A stretch of DNA of 32,000 bases, taken from assembly GCA_008080745.1 (NCBI GenBank), contig SHMX01000001.1, positions 30,001 through 62,000 on the forward strand. The letters run 5' to 3'. Source of the stretch: Candidatus Thorarchaeota archaeon (lineage in GTDB: Archaea > Asgardarchaeota > Thorarchaeia > Thorarchaeales > Thorarchaeaceae). This document shows positions 1 to 8,691 of the stretch, in pieces. Both the position numbers and the translations under genes were made by a program. The notes beneath the pieces are model-generated. The model saw nothing but the letters and a program-made list of their open reading frames with translations. It had not been told where the DNA came from and did not search any database. Numbering within the stretch: position 1 is the stretch's first letter; each line of letters begins with the position of its first letter.

Positions 1-427
1 TTTTCTCTCCAATGAATTTTCTCTCATTGATTACCGTGAGTATAAGTGCAACAAATATTGATGATGTCAAAAGCAAAACAGTATGCTGTAATCTTCCAAT
101 AATTAATGCAGAAACTTCAGTAAGGAACAAGTAGGATTTACCATAGTTCCACTTCAATGCGTTAACCCAATACAACCAGTACATTTCAATCCAGTTGAAA
201 AAATTGGGATTTTCAACAATTCCAAATTCATCAGCTAGAGTCTGAAGCCATTCGTAATAACATTCACTGCATCTTATTCCAGAATTTGCGAAAAGATCAA
301 ACAGGCTTACTTCGTCAACTATAGCAGGTAATCTGACAAGAATGAAAGTGATTGTAAAACCAAGAAATAGTATCATGAATACTAGAGTTAATTTTTCTTT
401 CAAAAACACCCTTAGAGTATCGTTCAT
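1..427 (-). CDS. Peptide/nickel ABC transporter permease, OppB/DppB-like (3' end truncated by window edge; not in ORF track)
   Basis: Hand translation from ATG at 427: MNDTLRVFLKEKLTLVFMILFLGFTITFILVRLPAIV...FNWIEMYWLYWVNALKWNYGKSYLFLTEVSALIIGRLQHTVLLLTSSIFVALILTV, open to position 1. N-terminal TM ending RLP and Y..W...L.W..G.S....V...I..RL..T..L match the OppB/DppB N-terminal pattern. Confidence 0.7.
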   Translation of the reverse strand, partial: MNDTLRVFLKEKLTLVFMILFLGFTITFILVRLPAIVDEVSLFDLFANSGIRCSECYYEWLQTLADEFGIVENPNFFNWIEMYWLYWVNALKWNYGKSYLFLTEVSALIIGRLQHTVLLLTSSIFVALILTVINERKFIGEK

Positions 428-459
428 CGGATAACCACCACGACTACATAATATCACAG

Positions 460-485
460 TATATAGTGTTACTATGTATTATAAA
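460..485. promoter_or_regulatory. AT-rich divergent promoter region: imperfect inverted repeat overlapping a TATA-like element
   Basis: TATATAGT-gtt-ACTATGTA (460-478, one mismatch) abuts TATTATAAA (477-485), which reads TTTATAATA on the minus strand about 50 nt upstream of the permease ATG. Confidence 0.35.
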
Positions 486-569
486 CTTTTTGTGGGAAGA
501 GAAATTGAAGAAAAATACTGACGGAAAGCATAGATTAAAAACGGGGATACGATGGGGTCAAGCTTGCAA

Positions 570-592
570 GATAGGTCATTTGCAGACCTATC
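570..592. promoter_or_regulatory. Perfect 8-bp inverted repeat upstream of malic enzyme
   Basis: GATAGGTC-atttgca-GACCTATC, ending 24 nt before ATG 617. Confidence 0.4.
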
Positions 593-616
593 CGACGATT
601 AGTTAGAGGCTTGATT

Positions 617-1978
617 ATGCCTGAAGAGAAACTTTCAGTTGAAGAACTCAAAAAGAAAGCCGAAAAGCCTGGCAAGGACGCAATGATTATGCACCCCTTT
701 TACAAGGGTAAAATTCAGTCCATAGGTAAGGCTCCGGTACGTAGCTTTGATGATTTCGCTATTTGGTACACACCTGGCGTTGCCAAAGCATGCACAGCTA
801 TCAAAGAAGATCCAGCAAAGGTCTATGAAATGACCAATAAGGGAAATATGGTAGCCGTTGTAAGTGATGGTACCCGTGTGCTCGGACTTGGTGATATTGG
901 TCCTGAAGCTGCAGGTCCAGTTATGGAGGGGAAAGCCATCCTCTTCAAATATCTGGGTGGTGTGGATGCATGGCCGGTATGTCTCGATACCAAAGACGCT
1001 GACGAAATTATCAAGACCGTTAAGTTACTCCAACCATCTTTTGGTGGTGTTAACCTTGAGGACATCTCAAAACCAAAGTGTTACAAAGTTCTTGAAGAAC
1101 TACGAAATGACCCTGATGTTACCATTCCAGTCTGGCACGATGACGCACAAGGCACCGCTACTGTAGTGCTGGCAGGAGTCATGGGAGGTCTCAATGTAGT
1201 CAAGAAGGAAATGGAGAATATACGTGTTGCAATGCTAGGAGTTGGAGCTGCAAACACTCGAACTGCATATCTACTCTTTGCTGCAGGTGTTGACCCCAAG
1301 AACGTCATAATGGTAGATAGCAAAGGAGCTATATACTCTGATCGAGAAGATATAGTTGAAGAGAAAGACTATGATACGTTCAAGTACGACTTGGCTCAGA
1401 AAACTAATCCGGATCGTATGACAGGTGATTTGGGTGAAGTAATCGAGGGTACAGATGTACTCATTACAGCATCTCGCCCACAACCAGGTACTGTCAAGAA
1501 GGAATGGGTCAGCAAGATGGCCAACGATGCGATTGTTTTTGCATGTGCAAACCCATTGCCTGAAATCTGGCCTTGGGATGCAAAGGATGCTGGTGCAAGA
1601 ATCGTAGGAACTGGTAGAAGCGACTTTGATAACCAGATCAACAACTCTCTAGGATTCCCCGGTATTTTCCGAGGTACACTCGATGTGCGAGCCACAACCA
1701 TTACCGACGAGATGTGTGTTGCAGCAGCAAAAGCACTTGCAGATCTTGGAGCAGATGAAGCCACTGAGAGGAAAGTCATACCTACCATGGATCAATGGGA
1801 ACTCTATCCCGCTGAGGCAACAGCTGTTGGTATGAAAGCCATTGAGCAAGGAATTGCAAAGAAAGAATGGGATGAGAAAGACCTCTACAGACATGCAGAG
1901 GAAATCATCAGAACTGCTCGTGGATCATCAGAAATCCTCTACGAGAAAGGATTCATTCCTAAAGCTCCTAAGACATAA
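617..1978 (+). CDS. mae: NAD(P)-dependent malic enzyme (short form, no PTA domain)
   Basis: Motifs YTPGVA, AVVSDGTRVLGLGDIGP, PVMEGKAILFK, NLEDISKPKC, HDDAQGTA, GVGAAN, FACANP, GTGRSDFDNQINN. ATG 617 preferred over TTG 611. Confidence 0.95.
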   Translation: MPEEKLSVEELKKKAEKPGKDAMIMHPFYKGKIQSIGKAPVRSFDDFAIWYTPGVAKACTAIKEDPAKVYEMTNKGNMVAVVSDGTRVLGLGDIGPEAAGPVMEGKAILFKYLGGVDAWPVCLDTKDADEIIKTVKLLQPSFGGVNLEDISKPKCYKVLEELRNDPDVTIPVWHDDAQGTATVVLAGVMGGLNVVKKEMENIRVAMLGVGAANTRTAYLLFAAGVDPKNVIMVDSKGAIYSDREDIVEEKDYDTFKYDLAQKTNPDRMTGDLGEVIEGTDVLITASRPQPGTVKKEWVSKMANDAIVFACANPLPEIWPWDAKDAGARIVGTGRSDFDNQINNSLGFPGIFRGTLDVRATTITDEMCVAAAKALADLGADEATERKVIPTMDQWELYPAEATAVGMKAIEQGIAKKEWDEKDLYRHAEEIIRTARGSSEILYEKGFIPKAPKT

Positions 1979-1994
1979 TTATAGAGAAAATCAT

Positions 1995-2040
1995 AAGGAC
2001 AACGGCGACAAGCTCGTCGCTTATGTCCTTTTTCTTATTT
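1995..2040. terminator. Hairpin plus T-rich tract between convergent genes
   Basis: AAGGACA-acg-GCGAC-aagctc-GTCGC-tta-TGTCCTT followed by TTTCTTATTT, between the mae stop (1978) and the M28 gene stop (2040). Confidence 0.45.
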
Positions 2041-4022
2041 TATTGAAGTCTACGCCAGAAAATAACCGTTCCAATTGCTACCGGTACTAATGTCAGTAAA
2101 GTGATAATCAAGATATTATTCAACCTAGGATTGTGATCCAGCCCATCAAGAGTAAGGTCAACATCATTATCTGGTACCAATGGATTTAATCCTTCTATTA
2201 CTTCAATCCTGTCCTTAATGCCATCTTGGTCGGAATCATCACTAAGTGGATCTGTGCCTAAATCAATCTCCTGTGGGTCATTAATTCCATCAAAGTCTCC
2301 ATCTTCACGGAAGGGATGAGAACCATACTGATATTCTTCATAATTTGTCAGAGTGTCATTATCTGGGTCTTCATCTCGATCATTAATGAGAAGATTTGTA
2401 CCATATTCATATTCCCATGAATCAGGTAGCGAATCTTGATCTGAGTCCGTATCGTTTGGAAGAGAACCTAACTCTAGTTCACGGTAATTTAGTATGGTGT
2501 CTCCATCCAGGTCGTCTTCTGCGTCATCGATAAGTGGATTCATGCCGTACTGTACTTCTGTACCATCTTTGATACCATCTTGATCTGTGTCCCAGACGAA
2601 AATATCTGTGCCAGCATCATCTTCTTCCGAGTCGGGGAGACCATCTCCATCCCAATCCAAGGGTGGTTGTGGTGGAGGCCAAGTGTATTCGTTTTTATCA
2701 AGAATACCATCACCATCTAAATCAGAGAGATATTCCAAATATATACCCACAAAAGTTGCATTTTCAGCTCGATTCCGCACAGCGATTGTCAAAGGACCAA
2801 TTGGTATCTCATCGGTGGTGAATTGAAATTCTGTTTTATTCTCAAGAGTTTCCTGATAGAAGTATGGTTGACTACCATTATGAACAGTCACTTGAATAAC
2901 ACTATTTTCTGAGCTCGTGCCATTAACCACGAGAGCTTGGGGTACATTTAGGACTGTACGAAGATATTTGGTTGCACCGGGAGCGATAGCTGATTCAAGT
3001 TTATTATGGGTGTTCTCTCCATTCCCTTGTAAGGCAATATATACTGCCGTAGCTGATAATGCTTTACCAACGAGTTGAGCTTGTGTATGATTATAATCTG
3101 GAGAGGTAACTACATCACTAGGGGGAAAATCGGGATCCGGGACGTGACCACCATAAATGCTTATTCCTGGAAATCCAGCTTGCCAAAAAGGAATATGATC
3201 ATGGTCGGTACTTATCCTCATAAGAGAGCTTACAATGTTTAGTCCAGACTTTCGGATATGTTGTTGAAATAGGTCAACGAGCTGGCTAGTGTTATGGTAA
3301 CCATGGAAATCCTCTGAGTGGTGTTCAACGATAATTCGTTGGTTCTGTGGTTGATCATAGTCATAGTATAAAAGATGATACAAGTTGAAGAAAGCGACTA
3401 CATCAACACCCTCATTCACTAACCTGGCAGAGATTTCTTTGGCACCCCATAGTGCCTTATTCTTATGTTGATCATCCAAATACTCCATATTCGCATTAGT
3501 CAAACAGTAATAGATATCCACAGGCAACCTGTATTGACTAAGTGTTCCAGCTATCTGATGAACCACCGCAACACCTCCAGCATTATCATTTACACCATTT
3601 GAAACAGGAAGAGTGTCTAAGTGAGCAATGAATACAATAGCACGATTATCCGAACCGTACCCTTCTTGATAAGCGACAACACTGTCATGCTCACCCCAGT
3701 AATTTACATCTAAGCCTAATTCCTCGAACTGTCCTATCATGTAATTGGCTGCACCATAGTAATTTGTGCTTCCCATCCCGCGATTGCGATAGCTCTGTCC
3801 CAAAACACCTAAAGGAGTTAGATACTCACCGGACGAATCAATCTCGTAAGCAATATCCCACCAATTAAGATAATTATACTCGTGAGGTTCGATTACATTT
3901 TCTCCACTTCCATTGGGATTAATTGGACCTCCATTAAAGAGGAATACTACTGCAACCACACTGATGGAAAAGAGTAATACTAGGACACCTGCCCCTGCTT
4001 TTTTACGATTCATGATGTTCAT
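2040..4022 (-). CDS. Membrane-anchored M28 (aminopeptidase) fold protein with degenerate Zn site and C-terminal TSP3-like DxDxDG repeats
   Basis: AHLDT, NGVNDNAGGVA and DHIPFWQAGFPG match M28 motifs. Hydrophobic segments at both ends (AGVLVLLFSISVVAVVFLF; IITLLTLVPVAIGTVIFWRR). Start placed at M47 (4022) or M50 (4013) of the track ORF, just before RKK and the TM segment. Confidence 0.8.
   Translation of the reverse strand: MNIMNRKKAGAGVLVLLFSISVVAVVFLFNGGPINPNGSGENVIEPHEYNYLNWWDIAYEIDSSGEYLTPLGVLGQSYRNRGMGSTNYYGAANYMIGQFEELGLDVNYWGEHDSVVAYQEGYGSDNRAIVFIAHLDTLPVSNGVNDNAGGVAVVHQIAGTLSQYRLPVDIYYCLTNANMEYLDDQHKNKALWGAKEISARLVNEGVDVVAFFNLYHLLYYDYDQPQNQRIIVEHHSEDFHGYHNTSQLVDLFQQHIRKSGLNIVSSLMRISTDHDHIPFWQAGFPGISIYGGHVPDPDFPPSDVVTSPDYNHTQAQLVGKALSATAVYIALQGNGENTHNKLESAIAPGATKYLRTVLNVPQALVVNGTSSENSVIQVTVHNGSQPYFYQETLENKTEFQFTTDEIPIGPLTIAVRNRAENATFVGIYLEYLSDLDGDGILDKNEYTWPPPQPPLDWDGDGLPDSEEDDAGTDIFVWDTDQDGIKDGTEVQYGMNPLIDDAEDDLDGDTILNYRELELGSLPNDTDSDQDSLPDSWEYEYGTNLLINDRDEDPDNDTLTNYEEYQYGSHPFREDGDFDGINDPQEIDLGTDPLSDDSDQDGIKDRIEVIEGLNPLVPDNDVDLTLDGLDHNPRLNNILIITLLTLVPVAIGTVIFWRRLQ
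2140..2723 (-). repeat. About 8-9 acidic DxDxDGxxDxxE repeats (thrombospondin type 3-like, putative Ca-binding)
   Basis: DLDGDGILDKNE, DWDGDGLPDSEE, DTDQDGIKDGTE, DLDGDTILNYRE, DSDQDSLPDSWE, DPDNDTLTNYEE, DGDFDGINDPQE, DSDQDGIKDRIE, mostly followed by GxxP. Confidence 0.85.
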
Positions 4023-4263
4023 ATCCTGATAGGGATGGTTTTCGCAGGACAAACATTGCAGTTCCTCATAAATATGCGTCGAAATAAGCAGGGAATAAAA
4101 CAACATCAGTAAATATCGCACTGTAATTAATGATACTCCAGTTAGTTCCGTGTTTTTCAAAGGTCTCTACACACCACAGATATATGATTGAAAAACCTAC
4201 CAGTTCACAATCCTCTTTAGCAGAAAAGAAAATCTATAATCACGATTATCCGGGGTACTTTTG

Positions 4264-5361
4264 ATGTCTTATGACAAATGCGTTCGATGCGGTTCATGCG
4301 TGAAATTCTGCCCTATCTTTGACGCTATTGGAGAAGAACAATTCTCTCCTCGTGGAAAGACCTATCTCCTTCAGGTCATGGATCAGATTGATGAAGATGA
4401 AGAGCTAGGAAGAGAATTCAGAAGACTGCTCTTCCAATGTACAATGTGTGGTCGTTGTGCTGAAATTTGCTCTTCCGATGTGGACCTACTAAGAATTTGG
4501 CATGAGCAACGAGCAAAAGCATATGAAACAGCACCAGAAGAATTTGAATATATTGAAGCTCTTAAGAAATCGCTAGCCAACGTGAGGAATATATATGGCC
4601 TTCCCATGGATGATAGAGCAATATATTGGGTTGATGAGTTGGAGGTGGACTTCCCAGATATTGAAGATAGATTATATGAAGAGGGGAAGAACGCAGATGT
4701 AATGATATTTTTGGGATGCCTCATGTCATTTCGAGGGTCTCAAATCCCCGTACTCCATTCACTTATTGATGTGCTGGAACGAATGGATATTGACTACTTG
4801 ATTATGGGTGCAGAGGAGTTTTGCTGTGGGCATCCACTCGATTTAATCGGAGATGAGGAGGGAGCAAAAGAGCTGCAGAAGCATAATCGAGGCGTTATAG
4901 AAGCAGCTGAAGTAAAACAAGTTGTAACATGTTGCCCGGGTTGTCTGATGCAATTACGGAATCATCATCAATTGGATGCGGAGGTGTTACATCATACCCA
5001 GTTCTTTGACAGATTGTTAGAGGATATACCAAAATACAGCCAGAAAGAAGATTTTACATATCATGATCCATGTGAATTACATCGGCTCTGCGAAGTGAAA
5101 AAGGAACCTAGATCACTACTAAAGAAAATGGAAATAGAATTTAGAGAGATGGAGTTGAGTTGTTGTGGTGGGGGTGGCTTGCTCCGATTAACAGACCCAA
5201 ATCTTAGTGATAAGGTAATCCAATTGCGTGCTCAGAGGGAGAAACTGAATAGAAGTACGGTAATAACCTGTTGTCCGGCATGCCGAGAACAACTTCTTGG
5301 TACAGACTTGAAAACCGTAGATATCGTTGAATTACTCGACCAAGTGATGAGAGGGAGCTGA
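4264..5361 (+). CDS. (Fe-S)-binding oxidoreductase subunit, GlcF/HdrD-like (2x[4Fe-4S] plus two CCG domains)
   Basis: CVRCGSCVKFCP, CTMCGRCAEIC, FCCGHP, TCCPGC, YHDPC, SCCGGGG, TCCPAC. Confidence 0.9.
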   Translation: MSYDKCVRCGSCVKFCPIFDAIGEEQFSPRGKTYLLQVMDQIDEDEELGREFRRLLFQCTMCGRCAEICSSDVDLLRIWHEQRAKAYETAPEEFEYIEALKKSLANVRNIYGLPMDDRAIYWVDELEVDFPDIEDRLYEEGKNADVMIFLGCLMSFRGSQIPVLHSLIDVLERMDIDYLIMGAEEFCCGHPLDLIGDEEGAKELQKHNRGVIEAAEVKQVVTCCPGCLMQLRNHHQLDAEVLHHTQFFDRLLEDIPKYSQKEDFTYHDPCELHRLCEVKKEPRSLLKKMEIEFREMELSCCGGGGLLRLTDPNLSDKVIQLRAQREKLNRSTVITCCPACREQLLGTDLKTVDIVELLDQVMRGS

Positions 5362-5362
5362 A

Positions 5363-6706
5363 ATGAAACTTAGAGATATCGCCATCGGTGCTAATGCATC
5401 TATGTATTTTCGACTAAATTTTAAGAAGATTAAAGGAGTTTTCTACCCAACCAATGAAGATGAAGTAGTGCAGGCAATAGCAGCTGCACAGAAAATGGGT
5501 GTTAGTGTTACCCCTAAGGGGGGCGGTTCTGGACTTAGTGGAGCTTGTACGGGTGGAAACACTGAACGAGTTATGATTAGTAGTCTAAGAATGACAGACC
5601 TATTGAAAATATCCAAAGACACAGATCAACCGTATATTGATGTTCAACCAGGCGCGTCTCCAGATGAAATAAATGCAATACTGGAACCCATTGGTTTCAA
5701 GCTATGGGTAGCACCTAGTAGTAGAGATATAGCAACTGTAGGAGGTATTCTTAGTACGGATGGGGGCGGGAATGATACATGGGTCAATGGAACCATGAGA
5801 GACAACACAATTCACGCAAAAATGATTCTGTATGATGGAACCAAGATAATCGTTGACCAGGATGGCGTACAAAGTGATAACGATGAACTCGCGGCAAAAC
5901 TAAATTCCGTAGAGATGACTCTGCATGACGTTGCAGCCTCCCATGGCACCTTGGGGTTCATAACTGAACTCAGACTAGTCATCAAACCATTCCCTGATGA
6001 GAAATTGATTGGGGGAATTGTGAAATTCGATAATGCCAGCGAGCTAGGTATTGCACTAGACAAGATGATAGAGAGAAGAAGCAAAATTCGATATGGCGAA
6101 TCTATAGTGGCAGCCCATGATGACATTCGAGGTGGTTTATCAACACCACTTCTGATATTGGAATTCCCTGATTCTGAAATGGATGAAGTATTAGATATTG
6201 TTGATTTGGACGAATTGAATCCCTCTGAACTTGAAAAAATGAAAGATATCCGAATTAAATTGCCAAAACGAAATCCCGCAAAAGGAAAACAGATTGCACT
6301 CTTTGAAGGTTATGGGTTCCATGGAGACAATCTAATGACCATGCAGAGGGGAATCGACAGCATCGATAGTCTGTTACGTGACCATGGCTTGGAACCCTTT
6401 GCGAAATATGGACATGCTCCTAGTAAATGGTACTTGGGAGATAATACACCTGCATTTGGTCTAATCATGCATTCTCGAGAGATTAGACCCGATGATGCCT
6501 CTGGAAGAGATCTCTTTGATGCCGTCTTGGACATAGTCGAACTGACAGAGAAACTCGGGATAACTCCAAAACCCGAACATAAGTGGCCCTTTAGTGACAA
6601 AGAGAAACTCACACGAATGAACCAGCTTAGAGAGATTCTGAACAGCCACTTTAATGAATTCTTATTTGATTCGAATTGTGATGACGTGCTCAGTTCAATG
6701 GTCTAA
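5363..6706 (+). CDS. FAD-binding oxidoreductase, GlcD/D-2-hydroxyacid dehydrogenase family
   Basis: VTPKGGGSGLSG, VQPG, APSSRDIATVGGILST and GTLGFITE in the FAD domain. C-terminal GH...H...EH residues (YGHAP, IMHSRE, PEHK). Starts 1 nt after the Fe-S gene stop. Confidence 0.85.
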   Translation: MKLRDIAIGANASMYFRLNFKKIKGVFYPTNEDEVVQAIAAAQKMGVSVTPKGGGSGLSGACTGGNTERVMISSLRMTDLLKISKDTDQPYIDVQPGASPDEINAILEPIGFKLWVAPSSRDIATVGGILSTDGGGNDTWVNGTMRDNTIHAKMILYDGTKIIVDQDGVQSDNDELAAKLNSVEMTLHDVAASHGTLGFITELRLVIKPFPDEKLIGGIVKFDNASELGIALDKMIERRSKIRYGESIVAAHDDIRGGLSTPLLILEFPDSEMDEVLDIVDLDELNPSELEKMKDIRIKLPKRNPAKGKQIALFEGYGFHGDNLMTMQRGIDSIDSLLRDHGLEPFAKYGHAPSKWYLGDNTPAFGLIMHSREIRPDDASGRDLFDAVLDIVELTEKLGITPKPEHKWPFSDKEKLTRMNQLREILNSHFNEFLFDSNCDDVLSSMV

Positions 6707-6774
6707 CAATAATACTTTCGGCTTAGGGTCTCTAGGTGTTTATATATGCACATCAATACTAATTTTTGATAAGG

Positions 6775-7911
6775 ATGAGAAAGAAAATAGGTAGCCCCAG
6801 AGGGTTATTCGATCCTTACTATGTGCCAGACCTGTTATTGCATCGAGACCGTGAGATGCACAGTCTGACCGGAGTCTACAAAGATTCATACGAATCTGAG
6901 TATGGTGTCAATTGCTTAGTTCATGGAATCACAGGGGTAGGTATGACTGTTTTCTCCAGGTATTTTCTCACCAAGTTAGTTCCCCAACAGTTCGATGCTT
7001 TTACTGTCTATGTCGATGCCAGAAGTAAAGATGTGTTGGAGATAGTTTCAGAACTTAATGATAAAATCCATCAGGAAACAAAGAAACCGATTACTGTTGC
7101 ATTTGATCTCGATGTTCTATGGATGCAATTCAAGAGAACTGCCACCTCAGCTAGTAAAAAGACAATATTTGTTATTGACAATATTGACGAACGAAATGAA
7201 GAGGTCTATGCTAAACTTGCAAGACTATCCAAAGAGATTAAGGCGAGTACTATAGGGGTTCTTAACAGCCACGACTACAGATTGCTTACTAAGGCACCAG
7301 CAACACAAATGGCATATGATTTTGAGGTACCCCTAGACACCTATACTCAGGCTCAGCTATATGAAATTGTCCGAATGCGTGTTGAAGATACATTCCCAAT
7401 GTCACTCACAGATGAGATTGTGAGATACATAACTGACATAGTCTGTGAGTTTGATGCTTCCAAGCCAAAGACATCAATTGAAGCACTTAAAGCTCTATGG
7501 CCACTATCCTCTCAGGGACAAGAGATTGACTCAGAGGCAGTACGTGCTGCCACATCCAAAATCACAGTAGTTGGTAATGACCAGGACTATATGGACATTA
7601 TAGATACTATTGCCTTGAATGACTTTATGACTCTTTTAGTCCTAGAGGCCATTGCGGGTCATCTCACAAGTTATCCAACAGAGACCTATATAGATCGACA
7701 GACTGTAAATGACATAATTGCAGCAAAATGCGAAGAACTTAGTGTCAGATACGATCCTCACGATATAGAGAAAAGTCTCCAGACCTTGATCTTTCAAAGT
7801 GTTATTTTTGAGTCCGGATATTCAAGAAATCTATTGTACGTGTTGACGCCTCCCGAGATTCTTTACGACGCCTCTATGAACCTTAGAAGACAATTAGCAA
7901 GAAGAAAATGA
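6775..7911 (+). CDS. Orc1/Cdc6-family AAA+ protein with degenerate ATPase motifs
   Basis: N-terminal FDPYYVPDLLLHRDRE, Walker A region HGITGVGMT, Walker B region FVIDNID, TYTQAQLYEIVRMRVE, and a winged-helix-like C-terminus (AKCEEL...IEKSLQTLIFQSVI). Confidence 0.85.
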   Translation: MRKKIGSPRGLFDPYYVPDLLLHRDREMHSLTGVYKDSYESEYGVNCLVHGITGVGMTVFSRYFLTKLVPQQFDAFTVYVDARSKDVLEIVSELNDKIHQETKKPITVAFDLDVLWMQFKRTATSASKKTIFVIDNIDERNEEVYAKLARLSKEIKASTIGVLNSHDYRLLTKAPATQMAYDFEVPLDTYTQAQLYEIVRMRVEDTFPMSLTDEIVRYITDIVCEFDASKPKTSIEALKALWPLSSQGQEIDSEAVRAATSKITVVGNDQDYMDIIDTIALNDFMTLLVLEAIAGHLTSYPTETYIDRQTVNDIIAAKCEELSVRYDPHDIEKSLQTLIFQSVIFESGYSRNLLYVLTPPEILYDASMNLRRQLARRK

Positions 7912-7918
7912 AATGGTG

Positions 7919-7935
7919 AGCCGGTCTTGCCGGCT
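7919..7935. terminator. Short GC-rich hairpin between convergent genes
   Basis: AGCCGG-tcttg-CCGGCT in the 35-bp gap between the cdc6-like and gcvH stops. Confidence 0.35.
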
Positions 7936-7946
7936 ACACTCTTTAA

Positions 7947-8399
7947 TTATTCACCCTTCATAGCCTTTTTAGCGGCAACCTCTTCATTTGCCCAAGCTTC
8001 GAGACCCTCAGTATGTTGATACTGTTCTATATCACCCATATCATCAGGCTCAATAAGCACTAGCCATCCATCACCGTATGGATCATCATTCAATTTGCTT
8101 GGGTCATCTCTGAGAGATTCGTTGACCTCAACGATAGTTCCACCAACTGGGCTCTTAACCGCACCTGTCCATTTACCGGATTCAAGAGTGCCAATACTTC
8201 GACCTTCTTTCACCTTTTTGCCAGATGGTCTCATTCGGATGAATTTGATTTTTCCTGCTGCATAAGCACCAAGATCGGTCAAACCAAGTCGGATTTTTCC
8301 GTCCTCTTTCTTCATCCAAAGTGAATCAGTTTCACCAGCATAGTAGTACAGGTCATCAGGGAATTCGAATTCGTCGACCTTTACCAATTTTGTCACCAA
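7947..8399 (-). CDS. gcvH: Glycine cleavage H-like lipoyl-carrier protein
   Basis: FPDDLYY, RLGLTD, LESGKWTGAVKSPVGGTIVEVNESL, LNDDPYGDGWLV; lipoyl-Lys in ESGK. Start is TTG 8399 or GTG 8396. Confidence 0.9.
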   Translation of the reverse strand: MVTKLVKVDEFEFPDDLYYYAGETDSLWMKKEDGKIRLGLTDLGAYAAGKIKFIRMRPSGKKVKEGRSIGTLESGKWTGAVKSPVGGTIVEVNESLRDDPSKLNDDPYGDGWLVLIEPDDMGDIEQYQHTEGLEAWANEEVAAKKAMKGE

Positions 8400-8456
8400 T
8401 AATTCCGTAGAAAGTGAGCCTTAAGTGGATTTCGGAGGCTCGATGGATTTGGATAC

Positions 8457-8660
8457 CTATTGGGTAGATGCTTGTTTTATTGCTAATTGAAAACGTTCTA
8501 AATCATCAGCATCAAGTTCTGCACACACTGTACCTAAATATCCACAGTCAGTCGCCTTACAGCGATAATTTATTGGATTAGAAGCTGTCATAGTAGTACT
8601 TCTAACAATCTCGACCTGAGTGCTGCCGCATCTTGGGCATACTCTAATTTTCTCACTCAA
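8457..8660 (-). CDS. Small CPxCG-type zinc-ribbon protein (67 aa)
   Basis: CPRCGS...YRCKATDCGYLG; GGGAGG SD-like motif 7 nt upstream of the TTG start. Confidence 0.7.
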   Translation of the reverse strand: MSEKIRVCPRCGSTQVEIVRSTTMTASNPINYRCKATDCGYLGTVCAELDADDLERFQLAIKQASTQ

Positions 8661-8679
8661 ACAAGTGCCTCCCGATACT

Positions 8680-8691
8680 ATACTATAGTAT
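8680..8691. promoter_or_regulatory. Perfect 12-bp palindrome in divergent promoter region
   Basis: ATACTATAGTAT between the Zn-ribbon gene (-) and the RadA paralog (+), next to a minus-strand TTAATA box (8700-8705). Confidence 0.35.

Noticed and set aside
823-2090. Short ORFs overlapping the malic enzyme gene
   Set aside because: Antisense or alternate-frame shadows of a well-supported gene.
4023-4160. 46-aa N-terminal extension of the M28 ORF in the track
   Set aside because: TTG start; a better ATG sits just before the basic + hydrophobic signal segment. Probably non-coding, though unproven.
6707-6774. Replication origin / ORB boxes next to the cdc6-like gene
   Set aside because: Flanking intergenic gaps are only about 68 and 35 bp, with no TTCCAGTGGAAA-like ORB or G-string seen.
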